DNA from: Planctomycetota bacterium | Lineage (GTDB): Bacteria > Planctomycetota > B15-G4 | Direction: 5' to 3' | DNA: 64,000 nucleotides | Assembly (NCBI GenBank): GCA_038212275.1 | Contig: JBBQUR010000003.1 | Coordinates: forward strand, 1-64,000 | Part shown: in pieces, positions 54,692 to 64,000 of the stretch | Layout of the letters: each line of letters starts with the position of its first letter | Position numbering within the stretch: position 1 is the stretch's first letter | Position numbers and translations under genes: made by a program | The notes under the pieces: generated by a model | The model's database searches: none | Told to the model about the DNA's origin: nothing | Seen by the model: only the letters and a program-made list of their open reading frames with translations

Positions 54692-55375
54692 ATGATTCTC
54701 GGCACAGCTTGTCTCGGCGATGGCGCATTGGATGGCGCGGCCGTGCGCGCGGCGCTCACCGTCACGGGCTTGTCGCGGCTGCTGCTCGTGGTGCGCCCGG
54801 GAGCGGCGCTGCCGGCGGGTCCGACGGGATTGCCGAGCCTGCGCGGCGCGCCGGCCGCCGCCGTGCGCGCCGGCTGGGCCGACGCCGCCCTGGCCATCGA
54901 GGTGGCGGCTGCCACGCACGCTGCGCTGCTGGTCCTCGAATTGCCGCGCCTTTTCGGGCTCGAGCGAGCCTGCCGCGAGCTGCACGCCTTCGGGCGGGCG
55001 CAGTCGGGCCTTCGCTGGGCCGTGGCCACACCCGACGCCGGCCCGCTGGCCGAGCCCGACCAGCTCGCGCTGCTGCTGGACGATCTCGCAGGGCAGCGAG
55101 CCGCCTATTGGCACAGGCCGTCGCGCGCCCTGCTGCTCGGCCACGGTGATGTCGCGTGGCTGGAAGCGTGCGGTCGCCACGTGGTGGGCGCGTCGCTCGA
55201 CGATGTCGTGGAGGGCAAGCCCGGTGCGCCGCCAGGCCTCGGCAGCGTGGACTTCCGCGTGTGCGCGGAACTGCTGCCGTCGTCGGCGCTGCTGGCGCTC
55301 GACGTCGAGCCGGTGTCCAATGCCGCCCTGCTGCGCTTCACGTGTGAGCAGCTCCGTCGCACGGGCCTGACCTGA
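54692..55375 (+). CDS. Degenerate xylose-isomerase/AP-endonuclease-2-like TIM-barrel protein
   Basis: A...AIEVAA..A..LVL, L.D......PG.G.VDF, LALDV pattern; metal ligands not conserved. Confidence 0.5.
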   Translation: MILGTACLGDGALDGAAVRAALTVTGLSRLLLVVRPGAALPAGPTGLPSLRGAPAAAVRAGWADAALAIEVAAATHAALLVLELPRLFGLERACRELHAFGRAQSGLRWAVATPDAGPLAEPDQLALLLDDLAGQRAAYWHRPSRALLLGHGDVAWLEACGRHVVGASLDDVVEGKPGAPPGLGSVDFRVCAELLPSSALLALDVEPVSNAALLRFTCEQLRRTGLT

Positions 55376-55388
55376 GGGACTCCTGATC

Positions 55389-56213
55389 ATGAGCACCAAG
55401 CCCGTCCGACCGCGCGTGCCACTCACCATCGCAGGCTCCGATCCGTCCGGCGGCGCCGGACTGCAGGCGGATCTCAAGGTCTTCCTGCGCTTCGGGCTCT
55501 CGGGCGCTGCAGTGCCGACGGCGATCACCGTGCAGTCGCCCACCGGCGTCCGCGCGGTGCATGCGCTGTCGGCGAACCTCGTGAGTCAGCAGCTCGGCGC
55601 GCTGCTGGCCGACGTGCGCCCGGCGGCCGTCAAGGTGGGCCTGCTGCCCGATGCGGAGTGCGTGCGCGCCGTCGCGCGCGCTCTCGGGCCGCTGGTGCGA
55701 CTTCGCATTCCCATCGTCATCGATCCGGTGCTCGCCGGCAGCGACGGCACGCGCTTCCTGCCGAAGGACGCCGTGTCGGTGTGGATGCGCCACCTGCTGC
55801 CGCTGGCCACGCTCGTCACGCCGAACATCGCCGAGGCGGCCGAACTCGCCGGCTGCGACGAGAAGACGGTGCGCGATGCCACGGATGAGGTCGTCGCCAC
55901 GCTGTGCCAGGCCGGCGCGCGCGCGGTGCTCATCAAGGGCGGTCACGGCACCGGCGACGAGGCGACGGACGTGCTGGGCACCAAGGAGGAGCTGACGCTG
56001 TATTCGCTGCCGCGCGTTCCGCGGCGACGCGCGGTGCACGGCACGGGATGCGCGCTCTCCGCGGCCATCACCGCGCTGCTGGCGCGGGGCCTTTCGCTGG
56101 AGGAATCCGTGCAGGGCGGCAAGGCCTTCGTGGAGCTGGCCATCCGCGGGGCGCGCCACATCGGTCGCGGCAGCCGGCAGCTGGACTTCCTCTCGCAGGG
56201 CGAGCTGGGCTGA
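55389..56213 (+). CDS. thiD: Hydroxymethylpyrimidine/phosphomethylpyrimidine kinase
   Basis: LTIAGSDPSGGAGLQADLK, VIDPV, TPNIAEA, IKGGH, HGTGCALSAA. Confidence 0.93.
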   Translation: MSTKPVRPRVPLTIAGSDPSGGAGLQADLKVFLRFGLSGAAVPTAITVQSPTGVRAVHALSANLVSQQLGALLADVRPAAVKVGLLPDAECVRAVARALGPLVRLRIPIVIDPVLAGSDGTRFLPKDAVSVWMRHLLPLATLVTPNIAEAAELAGCDEKTVRDATDEVVATLCQAGARAVLIKGGHGTGDEATDVLGTKEELTLYSLPRVPRRRAVHGTGCALSAAITALLARGLSLEESVQGGKAFVELAIRGARHIGRGSRQLDFLSQGELG

Positions 56214-56270
56214 GGCGCCGCGCGTGTGCGCTGCGCGTGTGCGCCGCGCGTCGTGGCCACGGCGCAGGCG

Positions 56271-57476
56271 TCAGCCGTCGCGGAGCAGGCCGAACCACGC
56301 GGCGAGGAGGCCGAGCGTGCCGGGGCCGTCCATCACGGAGAGGCCCATGTGGCCGCCGCGCGGCAGTTCGCGCGTGACGATCCAGGGATTTCCCGCCGCC
56401 AGTTTCGCCGCCGCGCGCAGGTGCCGGATGGGCACGAGGAAATCGTCCTGCGCGTGCAGCAGCGCGACAGGCACCGCGATCGCTCCGAGCACGGAGGCTT
56501 GCGTCGAGCGCGCCAGGCCCAGGAAGGCGCCCACGAGTTGCGGCTCGGCGGGATAGCGCGGCAGGACGAACTCGCGGATGTAGGCCTCGTAGCCGTCGAC
56601 GCGATGGCCGATCGGCGGGTGCTCGTCGATGCGGAGCCGGAGGTGGCGGTCGAACGCGGCGCGCAGCTGTCCGACGAGCACGCGCTGCAGCGCACCGCGA
56701 GGCTGCGGCAGGTGGCTCGCGTCGTCGAGCGCGAGCACCGCCTCCTGCACGTCCAGCGGCGCGCTGATGCCGAGCACGCCGCCGCGCAGGACGTCGGGCC
56801 GGCCCGCACGCGTGGCCTCGTACGCCGCGCGCACGGCGCACTGCCCGCCGTACGAGAGCCCGAGGATGCCGACCGAGACGCCCTCCGCGTCGGACAGCGC
56901 GCGCGCGGCGGCGAAGAGATCGCGCCCCTCGTGCAGCCCCATGGACGGCGGGAGCGAGCGCCCGCGCAGTCGGCCGTGGTCGCGCATGTCCAGGGCGAAG
57001 ACGTGAAAGCCCCAGCGCCGCAGCAGTTCCGCGTACTCCGCCACGTACAGGCTGGTGTGACTGTCGTACAGGCCGTGCACCACGATGACCACGGGAGCGC
57101 CCGGCGCGCCGACCGAGTGCCGCCCCTGCAGCACGACGCCGTCGGCGCCTGGCACCGAGACCTCCTCGAAGGCCGGATAGGCCGCGTAGGTGGGCGTGCG
57201 CCCTGCCGTGTCGGGATGCTGATCGGCCTCGCGCGTGATGAGCTCGCGGCAGCCCAGCGCCATGAGCGCGCCGTAGGGCGAGAGGTCTGTGCGCGGCGTG
57301 TACGGCGCGGCGAGGAGCGCACGCCCGGCGTCGCCCGCGCGCTCGGCCAGCTGGTCGTGCGGGCTCGGGTCCGGCAGCTCGGGGGCCGGCAGGTCCAGCA
57401 GGCTGGTGATCTGCGGGGCCAGTCGACAGGCCAGCCAGAGCAACATGCTGCCGAGTCTAGCCCGCCTCGGCGACAA
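56271..57476 (-). CDS. YheT-like alpha/beta hydrolase
   Basis: VIVVHGL, DMRDHG, GLSYGG, HAQDDFLVP, GGHMG; start uncertain (57446/57476). Confidence 0.8.
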   Translation of the reverse strand: MSPRRARLGSMLLWLACRLAPQITSLLDLPAPELPDPSPHDQLAERAGDAGRALLAAPYTPRTDLSPYGALMALGCRELITREADQHPDTAGRTPTYAAYPAFEEVSVPGADGVVLQGRHSVGAPGAPVVIVVHGLYDSHTSLYVAEYAELLRRWGFHVFALDMRDHGRLRGRSLPPSMGLHEGRDLFAAARALSDAEGVSVGILGLSYGGQCAVRAAYEATRAGRPDVLRGGVLGISAPLDVQEAVLALDDASHLPQPRGALQRVLVGQLRAAFDRHLRLRIDEHPPIGHRVDGYEAYIREFVLPRYPAEPQLVGAFLGLARSTQASVLGAIAVPVALLHAQDDFLVPIRHLRAAAKLAAGNPWIVTRELPRGGHMGLSVMDGPGTLGLLAAWFGLLRDG

Positions 57477-57643
57477 GCCCTACTGTGGTGGCTCACCCTG
57501 CTCCGGGAGCGCACCCGGCTGAGCGGGAGCGCGGGCGGCCGGAGCCTCCGGGGCGGCCATCGGGCAACCGGAGCACGAGCGCACACTTGACCGGATGCGC
57601 TTCCGCCAAGTATGACCTTGGCGCTCGTTGCATCAGACTTCGA

Positions 57644-57718
57644 GCGGGTGTAGCTCAGTGGTAGAGCACAACGTTGCCAACGTTGTTGTCGACGGTTCAA
57701 TCCCGTTCACCCGCTCCA
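57644..57718 (+). tRNA. tRNA-Gly(GCC)
   Basis: GCGGGTG/CACCCGC-T-CCA acceptor, anticodon arm CAACG-TT-GCC-AA-CGTTG, T-loop TTCAATC. Confidence 0.97.
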
Positions 57719-57780
57719 TCTCCCTCCCGCGCGGCCGGGCCTCCCGCGACCCCGCCGCCACCACGCGGAGGACGTCGCCC

Positions 57781-57821
57781 GACCGAGGCCAGACCGAGGC
57801 CAGACCGAGGCCAGACCGAGG
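57781..57821 (+). repeat. Tandem 11-bp repeat (GACCGAGGCCA) x3.7
   Basis: Read directly between tRNA-Gly and the oxidoreductase start. Confidence 0.9.
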
Positions 57822-57848
57822 GATGGTGAATCACCAGGGAGAGGCCCT

Positions 57849-58919
57849 TTGAGCGCGCACACGACCGGTGCGAGCGACTCCGGCGGCCCTGCAACCCTGC
57901 GTCCGCTGCGGGTCGGCGTGGTGGGCGCGAGGCAGGCCGTGCAGGGCATCGGGGCCTACGTGGCCCGGGAATTCGCTCGGGCGGGCTGCGATGTCGTCGG
58001 CATCGTCGGCACCAGCGCGGCGACGGTGGCCGAGGCGCGCGTGGATCTCGAGCGGCGCTTCGGCCTGTCCTGCGAGGGCTACACGCAACTTGCGGAGCTG
58101 CTTGCGCGGCAGCGGCCGGACATCGTGGCGCTCTGCTCGCCGGCCGGCGGCCATCGCGAGCAACTGGCCGAGGCGCTGGCCGCTGGCGTCCACGTCTTCT
58201 GCGAGAAACCGCTCTGGTGGGACGATTCGTGCCGCTCCTCGGCCGGCGGCGACGCACTGGCTTCGGTGGTGGCCGGCATGGCGCAGGGCTTTGCCGACCG
58301 CGGGCTGCTGCTGGAGCTCAACACGCAATGGCCGTGCACGCTGGAGAGCTATCGCCGCCTGCATCCGGACGTGCTGCGGGGCGAGGCCCCGTGGCCCGTG
58401 TCGCGCTTCGACATGCTGCTCTCGCCGATCCGCCGCGGCCCTGACCTCGTGGTGGACGGCGCGCCGCACGCGTTGTCGCTGCTGGCGGCGCTGACGGGCC
58501 ACGGCCGCGTGGAGGCCGTGTCCGCGCGCTGGCCGGGCCCCGACGACACGGCGCTGGACCTCGCCTTTCGCTACGTGCACGCACGCGGGGAGACGGCCGT
58601 TTCGCTGCGCCTGCGCACCTGCCCGCAGCAGCCGCGGCCTGCGGGATACGGGGTCGATGGCGCCTGGGCCGAGCGACAGGTCACCCAGCCGGGGTATCGC
58701 ATGTCGCTTTCCGCGGCCGGCCGCAGCGAGCCGCTGCACGATCCGCTGGACCTGCGCGTGGCCCGATTCGTGGCCGACGTGAGGGCCCGGAAGGCCACCG
58801 ACGTGCAGGGCCTCGTTGAAAGCCTGGTCAACCTGCGCGATCTTGTGGCGGCGGCGGAGGATCGAGACAGGCCCCGACCTGGGCCGGCAGCAGATCCAGC
58901 ATCAGAGGTTCCGGCATGA
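57849..58919 (+). CDS. Gfo/Idh/MocA-family oxidoreductase
   Basis: LRVGVVGA, PDIVALCSP..H...AL.AG.HVFCEKPL; GGGAGAGG RBS before TTG. Confidence 0.85.
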   Translation: MSAHTTGASDSGGPATLRPLRVGVVGARQAVQGIGAYVAREFARAGCDVVGIVGTSAATVAEARVDLERRFGLSCEGYTQLAELLARQRPDIVALCSPAGGHREQLAEALAAGVHVFCEKPLWWDDSCRSSAGGDALASVVAGMAQGFADRGLLLELNTQWPCTLESYRRLHPDVLRGEAPWPVSRFDMLLSPIRRGPDLVVDGAPHALSLLAALTGHGRVEAVSARWPGPDDTALDLAFRYVHARGETAVSLRLRTCPQQPRPAGYGVDGAWAERQVTQPGYRMSLSAAGRSEPLHDPLDLRVARFVADVRARKATDVQGLVESLVNLRDLVAAAEDRDRPRPGPAADPASEVPA

Positions 58920-60232
58920 CGATCACCGCAGACGAGCGCACCCCCGGGCCTGAGAAGCAAGGCGGTGCGGGGGCGGCGCCTGCCGCGGCCAGGCCGGCCG
59001 AACTGGCCGCCATCCACGACTTCGCGTCCAAGCTGCTCCAGCCGTCGCTCATCGGGCGCCTCAAGGAGTACGTGAACTGGCGCGTCGCGCTGCGGCGCGC
59101 GGAGGCGGACGGGCTGGGCATCCCCGAGGCGCTGGCGGCGCTGGACGACGTGCCCGTCTCCATCAACCTGGACCTGACCACGGCCTGCAACTACGCGTGC
59201 GATCACTGCGTGGACATGGAGATCCTCAACACCGGCAAGCGCTACGACCACGACAAGCTGCTGTCGAGTCTCGAGCAGCTCGCGCGGCGCGGCCTGAAAT
59301 CCGTCATCGTGATCGGCGGCGGCGAGCCGACGACCTATCCGCAGTTCACCGAGGTCATGCGCGCCATGAAGGGCCTGGGGCTGCGCCTCGGGCTGGTGAC
59401 CAACGGCACCGGCATGGCCAAGGTGGCGGAGATCGCGGATTGCCTCGACGGCAGCGACTGGGTGCGGCTCTCGCTCGACTCCGGCAGCGACGCGACCTTC
59501 CAGGCGATGCACAAGCCGCGCAAGCCGATCACGCTGGACGAGATCTGCGCCGGCATCCCGCCCGTGAAGGCCATCAACCGCGCGACGAAGATCGGCTTCT
59601 CCTACATCATCGTGTGGAAGGGCTGCGAGGCGAACGACACCGCCATCGTGGAGAACGTGCACGAGATGGCGCAGGCCGCGGAGCGCGCGCGCCGCTCCGG
59701 CTTCGACTACATCTCCTTCAAGCCCTTCCTCGTGCGCGCGGACGAAAACAATGCGGAGATCGTGGACCTCTCGCAGTCCTCCGGCCGCGTCACCGACGTG
59801 ATGGGCGCCATCCGCCAGCAGCTCGAGCTGGCGAAGCTGCACGAGTCGCCGACCTTCAAGGTGGTGGAGAGCACCAATCTTCGCGTGCTGGCCAACAACA
59901 GCTATCGCAACTACACGCGCCAGCCCCAGCAGTGCCACATGACGGTGTTCCGCCAGGTGCTGTCGCCGCTGGGCCTCTACAACTGCCCGGTCTACCGGCA
60001 CGTGCCGCAGGCCATGCTGGGCGACAAGCACGCCTACGCGACGGAGGCCTCGCTGGCCGCCACGCAGCTCGCCACGGCGAAGCTCGTGGACCGCTTCGAC
60101 GCGAGCCACGAATGCCGCGAGGTCACCTGCCTCTACAACTCCGCCAACTGGTTCATCGAAGACCTCATCCGGCATCCGGAAAAGCTCGATGACCTGCTGC
60201 CCGGCGAGGAGCGCCACGACTACTTCCTGTAG
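58916..60232 (+). CDS. Radical SAM protein with C-terminal Cys-rich auxiliary-cluster region
   Basis: CNYACDHC, GGGEPT, TNG, RLSLD; CHM..YNC..CREVTC; ATGA overlap. Confidence 0.9.
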   Translation: MTITADERTPGPEKQGGAGAAPAAARPAELAAIHDFASKLLQPSLIGRLKEYVNWRVALRRAEADGLGIPEALAALDDVPVSINLDLTTACNYACDHCVDMEILNTGKRYDHDKLLSSLEQLARRGLKSVIVIGGGEPTTYPQFTEVMRAMKGLGLRLGLVTNGTGMAKVAEIADCLDGSDWVRLSLDSGSDATFQAMHKPRKPITLDEICAGIPPVKAINRATKIGFSYIIVWKGCEANDTAIVENVHEMAQAAERARRSGFDYISFKPFLVRADENNAEIVDLSQSSGRVTDVMGAIRQQLELAKLHESPTFKVVESTNLRVLANNSYRNYTRQPQQCHMTVFRQVLSPLGLYNCPVYRHVPQAMLGDKHAYATEASLAATQLATAKLVDRFDASHECREVTCLYNSANWFIEDLIRHPEKLDDLLPGEERHDYFL

Positions 60233-60241
60233 GCGACGGGC

Positions 60242-61384
60242 GTGAAGGTCCTGCACATCAACACCGAGCGCACGTGGCGCGGCGGCGAGCAGCAGGTCCT
60301 GTATCTCATGCGTGGACTGCGTGCGGCGGGCGTGGAGCAGGAGCTGCTCGCGGTGCCCGGGTCCATCATCCTGCGGCGCGCGCAGGCGGACGGCCTGCCG
60401 GCGACGGCGCAGCGCATGCGCGGCGAGGTGGACCTGCCCGCCGCGCGCTCGATCGCGGCGCGCCTGCGTGCCGGGCACTTCGACGTCGTGCACATGCACA
60501 CCTCGCACGCGCACACCCTGGGCGTGCTCGCCGCGCGGCTTGCGGGGCGTCGCCGGCGCGGCGAGCGGCCGGTGACCGTCGTCTCGCGGCGCGTGGACTT
60601 CTCCATTCACAAGCGGCGGCTGCTCGACTTCTCGCGGCTCAAGTACACCTGGGGCGTGGACCGCATCGTGTGCGTGTCGGAGATGATCCGGCGCGTGCTC
60701 CTCGCGGACGGCCTGCCCGAGGCCTCGCTCGCGGTCGTGCACTCCGGCGTGGACCTGGCGCGCTTTGCCGGCGTCGTGGACCGCAGCGCGGACTATCGGC
60801 GCGAGTTCGGCGTGCCGGCCGGTGTGCCGGTCATCGGCAACGTCGCACACTGCGCGGCGCACAAGGGGCAGCGCGACCTGCTCGATGCGGCGCCCGCGGT
60901 GCTGCGCAGACATCCCGAGGCGCGTGTCGTCATCGTCGGCGAGGGCGAACTGCTGCCGGCGCTCAAGGAGCAGGCGCAGCAGCTCGGCATCGCGGACCGC
61001 GTGCTCTTCCCGGGCTTCCGCACCGACGTGCCGTCGCTGCTGCTCTGGTTCGACGTGTTCTGCTTCCCGAGCCGCCAGGAGGGTCTGGGAACCTCCGTGC
61101 TCGACGCGCTGGCGATGGCGCGCCCGGTGCTCGCCACCGCCGCGGGCGGCATCCCCGAGATGATCCGCGGCGGCGAGCACGGCTTGCTCGTCGCGCCGGC
61201 TGATCCCGCCGCGCTGGCGGACTCGCTTCTCTGGCTGCTGGAGCACCGCGAACAGGCAGCCGCGCTGGGACGGGCCGGCCGGCTCCGCGTGCAGCAGGAG
61301 TTCAGCATGGGGCACACGGTGGCCGGCACGCTGGCGCAGTATGAGGAGCTGCTGTGCGCGGCGGCCCCCGGCGCGCGGCGGTAG
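60242..61384 (+). CDS. Glycosyltransferase family 4
   Basis: KVLHINTERTWRGGEQQ, KG..DLL, GFR.DV, PSRQEGLGTSVLDA, GGIPE. Confidence 0.92.
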   Translation: MKVLHINTERTWRGGEQQVLYLMRGLRAAGVEQELLAVPGSIILRRAQADGLPATAQRMRGEVDLPAARSIAARLRAGHFDVVHMHTSHAHTLGVLAARLAGRRRRGERPVTVVSRRVDFSIHKRRLLDFSRLKYTWGVDRIVCVSEMIRRVLLADGLPEASLAVVHSGVDLARFAGVVDRSADYRREFGVPAGVPVIGNVAHCAAHKGQRDLLDAAPAVLRRHPEARVVIVGEGELLPALKEQAQQLGIADRVLFPGFRTDVPSLLLWFDVFCFPSRQEGLGTSVLDALAMARPVLATAAGGIPEMIRGGEHGLLVAPADPAALADSLLWLLEHREQAAALGRAGRLRVQQEFSMGHTVAGTLAQYEELLCAAAPGARR

Positions 61385-61523
61385 GGAGGCCCCGATCGCA
61401 CGGCGGACACGGGGGTGTCACGGATCCTGAACCGGTCTCCCCGCCGGGGCAGGCCCGCGTGCCCTATCCTCCGGTGCGGCAGTTCGTGGCAACGCAGGCG
61501 CGGATCGAGAGCAGGAGGGGAAC

Positions 61524-63788
61524 TTGGGAGTCTTCTTGATACCGATCGTCTGCGTCGCGTTGCTCGGAACGATCGGCTGGGCGCTGTTCAAGCTCATGCG
61601 GATGCCCGACAGCTCCCGCATCGACGAGATGAATGCGTCGATCGACGCGTTGCGGGAGCGTGTCGCGATGCTGGAGCGCCAGCCCGGCACGCAGCGCGCC
61701 GGCGCCGTGCATCCCACCGGCGCCGCGCAGCCCACCGGCGGCATGCAGCCGACGCATGCGAGCATGACCGAGCAGCCGCACCTCGCGCCCATGCTGCCTG
61801 CGGATGCGCCGACGTCGCCGCCATCACGGATGCCTGCACCGGCCGGCGTCGCGCGGCCGGCGCCGGCGCGTCGGGATGTCTCTCTCGAGACCTTCCTCGG
61901 CGGCCGCGTGATGCTCGTCGCCGGCGTGATCGTCGGCTTGTTCGGCATCGCGTTCTTCCTGAAGTACGCGATCGAGCACGGCTGGATCGGGCCCGCGCTG
62001 CGCGTGGCGATGGGCGCGCTGGCCGGCGTGGCGTTGCTCGTCGGCGGCGACAGACTCCGCCGGCGCGGCTACGACCCGTTCGGCCAGGCGCTCATGGGCT
62101 GCGGGCTCGGGGCCGTGTACCTGTCGAACTACTTCGCGAGCACGAGGTACGGCCTCGTCGGCCAGAGCGGCGCGTTTCTTGCCGCGGCTGCGATCACCGC
62201 CGCCGGCGCAGCCCTTGCGGTGATCCGCAGCGCTCCGGCGCTCGCCTTCCTCGGCTTTCTCGGCGGCTACCTCGCACCGGCGCTGCTCGCGACGTCGAGC
62301 GGCGAACTCGGCGGGCTGACCGGCTGGCTGCTCGTCATCGATGCGGGCGTGCTCGTCGTGCTCATGCTCCGGGCCTGGAAGGGCCTCGACCTGCTGGCGC
62401 TCCTCGCGACGCTTCTCTACTTCATCGGGTGGTTCGACGCTTCCGGCGGGAGCGGCGACGCGCTCGGAGATTCCGGATATCTCGCAGCGCTCGTCGCGGC
62501 CTCGCTGCTGCTCTCCCTGCTGCCGCCGATCGTCCGACGCGAGGCGCCGGGGCTCCCGTCGCTGGCAGGCGCAGCGGGCACAGGCCTGTTCGGCATGCTC
62601 GCGGGGCATGCGCTGCTTTTCCCGACATGGCGCACGGGGCTCGGCGCCGCGGCCCTCGTGCTGGGAGCGGTGTACGTCGTCGCGTCGAGACTCCTGGCCG
62701 CGCGCGTCCCCGCGGCGCGCGATGCGTCGGAGAGCCTGCTCGGTCTGGCGGTCGCGGCACTCGCCACGGCGATCGGCATTGCGCTGACCGGCAACGCCGT
62801 CTCGCTGGCACTCTCGGCGACGGGCGTGGCCGTCGTCTTCGCCGGCACGCGGACGCGCCAGCGAGTCCTTCTTGCGGGGGGCATCGGGCTGATCACCCTC
62901 GCGTTCGGCGACCTGATGCTTCGCCGGCTCGGGATGTTCTCGTCGGTCGAGACGCCGTTCCTCAACGAGCGCTTCGTGGTCTTCGCGTGCCCGTGCGTCG
63001 CGCTGCTCGTCTGCGGCCGGCTGCTGTCACGCACCAGGGATCTGGTCCCGGAGGGCTCGGTGCTCGTGTCGGCGGCCGGCCTGTGGGCGCTGCCCCTCGT
63101 CGTCTGCGCCGACATGATGTGTGGTGTCCGCCTCGACGAGGTCGCCGGGTTCGAGCATCGGCTTGCTGCGACGACGGTGGTGCTCGCCTTGTATGGCGCG
63201 GTCGTCGCGAGGCTCATCGGCGCCGGACGCGACGCGTCCTGGCGCGTCGCCGCGGCCGGGCCGATCGCCATGGCGATGCTCTTCGGCGTGTGGCTCGTCC
63301 TCGCCGGACATCGCATGCCCTTCGTGCCCGGATGGAACCTGAGCTTCGGGGCGGGTCTCGTGCTCGTCGTCGCGAGCCTTGCCGCCGCGGCAAGCGTGGC
63401 ACCCGCGGCGCGCGAGGCACTCCATGTGCTGCCGCTCCTCTATCTGTTCGCGCTGATCACCGCGGAAATCCACGCGTGGGGCGTGCAGCGGCCGCTTTCG
63501 GACTTCACGCGTCAGGAGGCGCAGTTCACTGCGGTGGTGTGGATCTCGATCGCGTGGGCTCTCTACGCCTCGGCGCTCGTCGCCGCCGGCTTCTGGAAGC
63601 GGCGCGCCGGGCTGCGCTGGCTGGGGCTCGCCGTGTTCGCGCTCACGACCGGCAAAGTGTTCTTCTTCGACCTGGCGCGGCTGCAGCCCGTCTACCGCAT
63701 CGGCAGCTTCCTGGCGCTCGGCGCGCTGCTCGTGGCGGCGTCCTTCCTCTACCAGCGCGCGCGACGGAGCGACGAACTCTCTGCGTGA
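61524..63788 (+). CDS. DUF2339-family membrane protein
   Basis: LE.FLGGR...G......G..FFLKYAIEHGWIGP..RV, multi-TM, C-terminal S..WALYA...KVFFFDL..L...YRI.SF..LG. Confidence 0.85.
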   Translation: MGVFLIPIVCVALLGTIGWALFKLMRMPDSSRIDEMNASIDALRERVAMLERQPGTQRAGAVHPTGAAQPTGGMQPTHASMTEQPHLAPMLPADAPTSPPSRMPAPAGVARPAPARRDVSLETFLGGRVMLVAGVIVGLFGIAFFLKYAIEHGWIGPALRVAMGALAGVALLVGGDRLRRRGYDPFGQALMGCGLGAVYLSNYFASTRYGLVGQSGAFLAAAAITAAGAALAVIRSAPALAFLGFLGGYLAPALLATSSGELGGLTGWLLVIDAGVLVVLMLRAWKGLDLLALLATLLYFIGWFDASGGSGDALGDSGYLAALVAASLLLSLLPPIVRREAPGLPSLAGAAGTGLFGMLAGHALLFPTWRTGLGAAALVLGAVYVVASRLLAARVPAARDASESLLGLAVAALATAIGIALTGNAVSLALSATGVAVVFAGTRTRQRVLLAGGIGLITLAFGDLMLRRLGMFSSVETPFLNERFVVFACPCVALLVCGRLLSRTRDLVPEGSVLVSAAGLWALPLVVCADMMCGVRLDEVAGFEHRLAATTVVLALYGAVVARLIGAGRDASWRVAAAGPIAMAMLFGVWLVLAGHRMPFVPGWNLSFGAGLVLVVASLAAAASVAPAAREALHVLPLLYLFALITAEIHAWGVQRPLSDFTRQEAQFTAVVWISIAWALYASALVAAGFWKRRAGLRWLGLAVFALTTGKVFFFDLARLQPVYRIGSFLALGALLVAASFLYQRARRSDELSA

Positions 63789-63840
63789 CGGTGCGTGACG
63801 GTGACAGTCCGCGACGAGACGAGGCGCCGGGGGCGCGCGC

Positions 63841-63999
63841 TCAGGCGTCGAAGGCCACGCCGGCGAAGTTGATGTCGAGCATGCCGGCCTTGAGGCATTC
63901 GTCGACGACCTTCACCACGTGCGAATAGTTGATGCCGACTCCCGGGTGTAGTGAGGCTTTCATCTCGGGGCTCAGGCGCATCAGTTCGGTCAGGCGGGC
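63841..63999 (-). CDS. C-terminal part of an ExbD/TolR biopolymer transport protein; 5' end outside the window
   Basis: Manual translation ARLTELMRLSPEMKASLHPGVGINYSHVVKVVDECLKAGMLDINFAGVAFDA*, matching the ExbD Y..VV.V.D....AG...I.F motif. Confidence 0.7.
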   Translation of the reverse strand, partial: ARLTELMRLSPEMKASLHPGVGINYSHVVKVVDECLKAGMLDINFAGVAFDA

Positions 64000-64000
64000 A

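Noticed and set aside
54584..55388. TPP riboswitch upstream of thiD
   Set aside because: No GCTGAGA...ACCTGA core in a non-coding position; thiD directly follows another ORF.

Overview
High-GC bacterial chromosomal segment, most likely from a Planctomycetota/PVC organism. This is inferred from a PVC-type CxxCH cytochrome/sugar-dehydrogenase fusion, a DUF3857 pair, DUF748, a BMC-T shell gene and many lipoproteins. It holds about 44 CDS, tRNA-Val(TAC) and tRNA-Gly(GCC). No intact mobile element, CRISPR array or rRNA was seen. Recognisable housekeeping genes are a truncated gltX piece at the left edge, ugd, glgC, kynA, a kynU-like gene, pepP, thiD and an ExbD/TolR piece at the right edge. Main leads: (1) a tryptophan to anthraniloyl-CoA route with no kynB in the window, where a coupled creatininase-family amidohydrolase may be the N-formylkynurenine formamidase; (2) a solitary CcmP/CsoS1D-type microcompartment shell gene; (3) a 1,886-aa DUF748 protein coupled to an orphan lipoprotein; (4) an active plus pseudo-active transglutaminase/TPR pair; (5) two radical SAM-glycosyltransferase modules; (6) an abruptly truncated gltX. 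All family calls come from reading motifs by eye; no database search was run.
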